DNA of 64,000 nucleotides from assembly GCA_963748815.1 (NCBI GenBank), contig CAVVKJ010000014.1, forward strand, positions 128,001-192,000, in the 5' to 3' direction. This DNA is from an uncultured Gemmatimonadales bacterium. GTDB lineage: Bacteria; Gemmatimonadota; Gemmatimonadetes; Gemmatimonadales; GWC2-71-9. Below the pieces are notes generated by a model. The model was not told where the DNA came from. It searched no databases and worked only from the letters and a program-made list of their open reading frames with translations. A program made the position numbers and the translations under genes. Every line of letters begins with the position of its first letter. Position 1 is the stretch's first letter. Of this stretch, positions 59,617-64,000 are shown one piece after another.

Positions 59617-61988
59617 ACATCTCCCGCCGCTGGCTCGAGGCGTTTCTTCGCCGCCCCCTGGAGTCCTCCGACGTGGCGAGCCGGCTGGCGGCGCTCGGCG
59701 CCACGGTGGACGCCATCGAGGAATTGCATCCCGGGCTCGGACAGGTCGTGGTCGGGCTGGTCCGGGAGGCGCGTATGCATCCCAACGCCGACCGACTCCG
59801 CCTCTGCGAGGTGGACGATGGCAGCGGCACCACGCGACACGTGGTCTGCGGCGCGCCGAACGTTGCGGCGGGAAAGAAGTATCCGTTTGCCCCTGTGGGG
59901 TCCACGCTGCCCGGGGGGCTGACCCTCGAGAGGCGGAAGATTCGCGGCGAAGTGTCCGAGGGAATGCTCTGCTCCGCCCGCGAACTCGGTCTCGGCCAGG
60001 AACACGACGGCATCCTCGAGCTCGCCACCGACGCCGCCCCGGGCACGCCATTCCTCGAGGTGCTCGACCTCGCCGACGACCGGCTGATTGTCGATGTCAC
60101 CCCCAACCGTCCCGACCTGCTGGGCCACAAGGGCGTCGCCCGGGAGCTGGCCTTCTCGTTCGGCACCACCTTCCGGCTGCCGGCCGTCCCCGGCTCCGAC
60201 GGCCCGACCATGCCGACTCCGATCCGCGCCGGCGCGGAGGCGACCACGGGCGGCGTGCGCGTCGCCATCGAGGATGCGGTGGGGTGCCCGCGCTTCCTCG
60301 CCGCCGTGCTTCGCGGCGTGCGCGTCGGCCCGTCGCCGGAGTGGCTCCGCGCCCGGGTCGAGGCAATCGGCATGCGGTCGATCAACAACGTGGTCGACGC
60401 CACCAACTGCGTCATGTTCGAGCTCAACCAGCCGATGCACGCGTACGACGTCGCCCGGCTCAAGGGGCCCGCCGTCATCGCGCGGCGCGCGCGGAGCGGC
60501 GAACGCCTCACCACGCTGGACGGCACCGATCGGGCGCTGGCCCCGTCGATGACGGTCATCGCCGACGCCGACGGCGCCATCGGCGTGGCGGGCGTCATGG
60601 GCGGCGCCGATTCAGAGGTCTCGCCGGAGACGACCGATCTCTTCCTCGAGTGCGCCTACTTCGCGCCGCAGGGCGTCCGGGCCACCCGGCGGCAGTTGGG
60701 TCTGAGCAGCGAGGCCTCCTACCGCTTCGAGCGGGGCGTAGACCTGTGGAACGGCCCCGAAGTCCTTCGCCGCGCGGTCGAACTCATTCAGGCCACCGCA
60801 GGCGGCGCGCTGGACGGCGAGCCGGTGGATCTCTTCCCGCAGGTCGTGCATCCACCGAGGATCTTCCTCCGCCCCGCGCGGGTCGCCCAGGTGCTCGGTG
60901 TGGACGTGCCGTGGGACGCCATCGAGCGCTATCTCGTGGCGATCGGCGCCACGGTGGTGTCGAAGCCGGAAGACGGGCGCATCGCGGTCGACGTGCCGGG
61001 ATGGCGGCCCGATCTTGTGGCGGAAATCGATCTCGTGGAGGAAGTGGCCCGCCTGCACGGGTACGACAACTTCCCGACCGAACTCCGGCCGTTCCGGGTC
61101 GGCGACCTGCCGAACGCCCCGTCGGAGGAGGCGGACGCCTCCATCCGGCGCGGCCTCGTGGCCGAGGGGCTCTTCGAGGTCCAGACGCTCCCGCTCGGGC
61201 CGGAAGATGGTGGCGAGAGCGTGCGCCTCCTGAACCCCCTCTCCGCGGAGGAGGGGTTCATGCGGACCCGCCTCCTCCCCGGCCTGATCCGGCTGGTCGA
61301 GGGAAACTGGGCGGCGCACACCCGGGACGTCCGACTCTTCGAACTGGGCACAGTCTTCTTCCGTGCGGAGGCCGGGGCTCCCCCGCGGGAAGAGCGGCGG
61401 GTGGCGGGTGTCGTGACCGGCGCCCGGGAGCCGGCGCACTGGAGCGGGGCGGGGAAATCGGCCGACGCGGACCACTGGGATCTGCGGGCTCTCTTCGAAG
61501 CGGCGGTGGCTCTGGCGTATCCAGGTGCGGCGGTGCAAGTTGAAGGGGGCGAGTGGGTTGCCACGGTGAGTGGGGGCCAGATCGTGGGCCGGGCCAGGGC
61601 GCTGGAGGCCGATGCCCCGCCGTGGGCGGCCCCGGTGCTCGGATTCGAAGTGCGGATCGACGCGACGCCCAGGACGACGCCCCTGTTTGTGCCCCTGCCG
61701 GTCAATCCAGCGGTGACCCGCGACCTCTCCCTGCTGGTTCCTGCGGGGGTCACGGCGATGGAACTCGGCGACGCGATCCGCCAGGCGGCGGGCCGCTTGA
61801 TCGAGGCGGTGGTGGTGCTCGACGAATATCGGGGTTCGGGTGTGGCCGCCGGCCACCGCGGCCTGGCGTTCCGGCTTCGGTACCGGGCCCCCGACCGCAC
61901 GCTGCGTGACCAGGAGGTGGATGCCTCGGTCACCAAGGTTCTCAAGGTCCTCCGGGAGCGGCATGGCATCGAACTACGAGCGTCCTGA
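59613..61988 (+). CDS. pheT: Phenylalanine-tRNA ligase beta subunit
   Basis: HPNADRL, CGAPNV, SEGMLCS, TPNRPD, INNVVDATN, RFERGVD, DRTLRD. Confidence 0.97.
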   Translation: MNISRRWLEAFLRRPLESSDVASRLAALGATVDAIEELHPGLGQVVVGLVREARMHPNADRLRLCEVDDGSGTTRHVVCGAPNVAAGKKYPFAPVGSTLPGGLTLERRKIRGEVSEGMLCSARELGLGQEHDGILELATDAAPGTPFLEVLDLADDRLIVDVTPNRPDLLGHKGVARELAFSFGTTFRLPAVPGSDGPTMPTPIRAGAEATTGGVRVAIEDAVGCPRFLAAVLRGVRVGPSPEWLRARVEAIGMRSINNVVDATNCVMFELNQPMHAYDVARLKGPAVIARRARSGERLTTLDGTDRALAPSMTVIADADGAIGVAGVMGGADSEVSPETTDLFLECAYFAPQGVRATRRQLGLSSEASYRFERGVDLWNGPEVLRRAVELIQATAGGALDGEPVDLFPQVVHPPRIFLRPARVAQVLGVDVPWDAIERYLVAIGATVVSKPEDGRIAVDVPGWRPDLVAEIDLVEEVARLHGYDNFPTELRPFRVGDLPNAPSEEADASIRRGLVAEGLFEVQTLPLGPEDGGESVRLLNPLSAEEGFMRTRLLPGLIRLVEGNWAAHTRDVRLFELGTVFFRAEAGAPPREERRVAGVVTGAREPAHWSGAGKSADADHWDLRALFEAAVALAYPGAAVQVEGGEWVATVSGGQIVGRARALEADAPPWAAPVLGFEVRIDATPRTTPLFVPLPVNPAVTRDLSLLVPAGVTAMELGDAIRQAAGRLIEAVVVLDEYRGSGVAAGHRGLAFRLRYRAPDRTLRDQEVDASVTKVLKVLRERHGIELRAS

Positions 61989-62268
61989 CCTCGCGGCACT
62001 CGCCGAGCTGGAGCAGTTGCTCCGGCATCTCGGCGATGAGGTGGCGGGGTGGCGGCGCCGCACGCTGAAGGCGGAGGGCGAGCTCCAGGAGGCGCGGAGC
62101 CGCGGCGGCGTGCTCGCCGGGCCGGAGCTGTTGCAGGCCCGGCAGCGGGTCATCGAGCTCGAGGTCGAAAACCAGGCGCTCCGCCAGCGCATCGAGGGCG
62201 CGCGGGCGCGGCTGCAGTCGTTGTCGTCGCGCCTGGCATTCCTGGAGACCGAGGAGGGGGCCGCGTGA
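61963..62268 (+). CDS. Short coiled-coil protein (ZapB-like position)
   Basis: Heptad-rich ELEVENQALRQRIE; lies between pheT and zapA with overlaps. Confidence 0.7.
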   Translation: MASNYERPDLAALAELEQLLRHLGDEVAGWRRRTLKAEGELQEARSRGGVLAGPELLQARQRVIELEVENQALRQRIEGARARLQSLSSRLAFLETEEGAA

Positions 62269-62591
62269 GCACCAGCAAGCAGGCGGTGCAGGTGTTCATC
62301 GCCGGGGAGAGCTTCACGGTCCGGTCGGAACTGCCGCCCGAGTACACGCGGGAGGTGGCGGCGTATCTCGATACGGCGCTGCGGCACGTGAAGTCGACGA
62401 TGCCGAGCGTCGAGACGCACAAGGCGGCGATCCTCGCCGCGCTGCAAATCACCGATGAGTTGTTCCAGGCCCGCCGCGGGGACCGCGACGGCGCCGCACG
62501 CCTGCACGTCCTGCTCGACGAAGTCGCCCGACTCCTGCCGCCGAACAAGCGCGGCGGGCGCGCCGCCGGGATTCCAGCCCCGGCCGACTGA
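62265..62591 (+). CDS. zapA: Cell division protein ZapA
   Basis: VQVFIAGESFTVR, VAAYLD, AILAALQITDELF. Confidence 0.88.
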   Translation: MSTSKQAVQVFIAGESFTVRSELPPEYTREVAAYLDTALRHVKSTMPSVETHKAAILAALQITDELFQARRGDRDGAARLHVLLDEVARLLPPNKRGGRAAGIPAPAD

Positions 62592-62632
62592 AACCAACGC
62601 GTGGCGGTTCCGCCGCCGCGCTGGAGATACTC

Positions 62633-64000
62633 ATGTCCGACCTTCCACTGCTCCCCGTCCTCGGGGGAGCGCTCGCCGGCCTTGCCGTCGCCCTCCTCAT
62701 CGTCTTCATCGTTCAGCTTCGCCGCCGCGCCAGCGGGCGCGACGTCGTGGCGGCGTCGCGCGCGGAGGCCGCCGCGCTGGCGCGGGCGTCGAAGGCCGAC
62801 GCCGAGCAGCTGCTCCGCACCGCGCAGGCCGATGCGGCGCGGGTCGCCGCCGACGCCGACCGGGTCACCGCCGACGCGCGACGGTCCGCCGAGAGCGCGA
62901 AGGCGGACGCCATCCTCGCCGGCAAGCTGGAGACGCTGGCGCTGCGCGAGGAGGTCGAGAAGGAGACGCAATCCCGGCGTGAGGAATGGGCGCGCCAGGA
63001 CCGCCGCGCCGAGGAGCGGGAACGGACCCACGACCGCCGGCAGGAGCAGCTCGCGGCGCTGGAGGTGGCGCTCCAGACCCGCGACACCTCCCTGACCGCC
63101 CGCGAGCAGGCGGTGGCCGCGCGGGAGCGGGAGGTGGACGCGCTCAAGGCCGAGCAGGCCAGGCGACTGGAGCAGATTGCGGGACTGACGGCGCGACGAG
63201 GCGCGGCGCGAAGTGCTGCGGCAGGCGGAGGAGACGGCCCGCAGCGAGGCGGCGGCGCTGGTGCGCGACGTCAAGGAGCAGGCGAAGAAGGGCGCCGAGC
63301 GCGAGGCGCAGCGGATCGTGTCGATCGCCATCCAGCGGATCGCGCCGGATCACACCGCGACGACGACCGTCGCGGCGGTCACCCTCCCCTCGGACGAGAT
63401 GAAGGGGCGGATCATCGGGCGCGAGGGCCGCAACATCCGGGCGTTCGAGATGGCCACCGGGGTCGACGTGATCATCGACGACACCCCGGACACCGTGGTC
63501 ATTTCCTGTTTCGACCCGATTCGGCGGGAGGTGGGTCGGCGGGCGCTCGAGGCGCTGATCGCCGACGGGCGCATCCAGCCGGGACGGATCGAGGACATCG
63601 TCACCAAGGTGCGGGCTGAACTCGACGTGCAGCTCGTGGAGCTCGGCGAGCGGGCGGCGTTCGACACCGGCATCAGCGGCCTCCACCCGGAGCTCATCAA
63701 GCTGGTCGGGCCGGATGCGCTACCGGACCAGTTACGGCCAGAACATCCTGGAGCACTCGAAGGAAGTGGCGTGGCTCGCGGGGATCATGGCCGCCGAGCT
63801 CGGCGTCGACGTGAAGCTGGCCAAGCGCGGCGCCTTGCTGCACGACATCGGCAAGGTCCTGACGCACGACAGCGAGGGGACGCACGTGGAGCTCGGCGTC
63901 GAGGTGGCCCGCCGGTACGGCGAGAGCGCCGCCGTCATCGAGCTGCATCCACGCGCACCACGACGACGTCCCGCACGAGTCCACCGAATCGGTGCTGGTG
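62633..64000 (+). CDS. rny: Ribonuclease Y, runs off window end; +1 frameshifts near 63193, 63710 and 63942
   Basis: N-terminal TM and coiled coil; KH motif [33 protein letters not shown] motif LLHDIGK; AHH, in successive frames. Confidence 0.92.

Noticed and set aside
62592..62632. 6S RNA, often found after zapA
   Set aside because: The gap to rny is only 41 nt.
62633..64000. rny as a true pseudogene or programmed frameshift
   Set aside because: All motifs are intact, with no in-frame stops after repair and no slippery sites; it matches the window-wide +1 error pattern.

Overview
High-GC bacterial chromosome segment. Gene content and order (6-bladed beta-propeller lipoprotein, pilin-like module, hrcA/rex/rny together with outer-membrane proteins and heptose genes) suggest Gemmatimonadota; this is an inference. 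Most of the window is housekeeping on the + strand: gmhA, cca, rarA, hflX, obgE, dprA, hemW-hrcA-dnaJ-prmA-rsmE-HIT, rpsU-yqeY-mutS2-dnaG, recJ-rsmD-coaD-pta, a partner-switching trio, rsmA-rex, infC-rpmI-rplT-pheST-zapA-rny. It also holds an 8-gene TldD/TldE-MoxR-DUF58-BatA-DUF4159 operon. The most unusual signal is at the two tRNAs. tRNA-Ile2(CAT) and tRNA-Val(CAC) each carry a tiny islet (about 1.7 kb and 0.8 kb) with no integrase, bounded by a duplicated tRNA 3' end plus a duplicated, diverged downstream hairpin, and carrying surface/secreted cargo. Next to the tRNA-Val islet is an accessory stretch with decayed attC-like sites. Other signals: a TCAGTCC heptamer repeat family, a perfect Rex operator, a CRP-type box, a probable infC attenuator with a CTG start, and several leaderless-looking starts. 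Six single-base +1 frameshifts (mutS2, SpoIIE, CMD, three in rny) are probably assembly errors, and one creates a false MutS2-DnaG fusion ORF. All calls are by eye; no searches were run.
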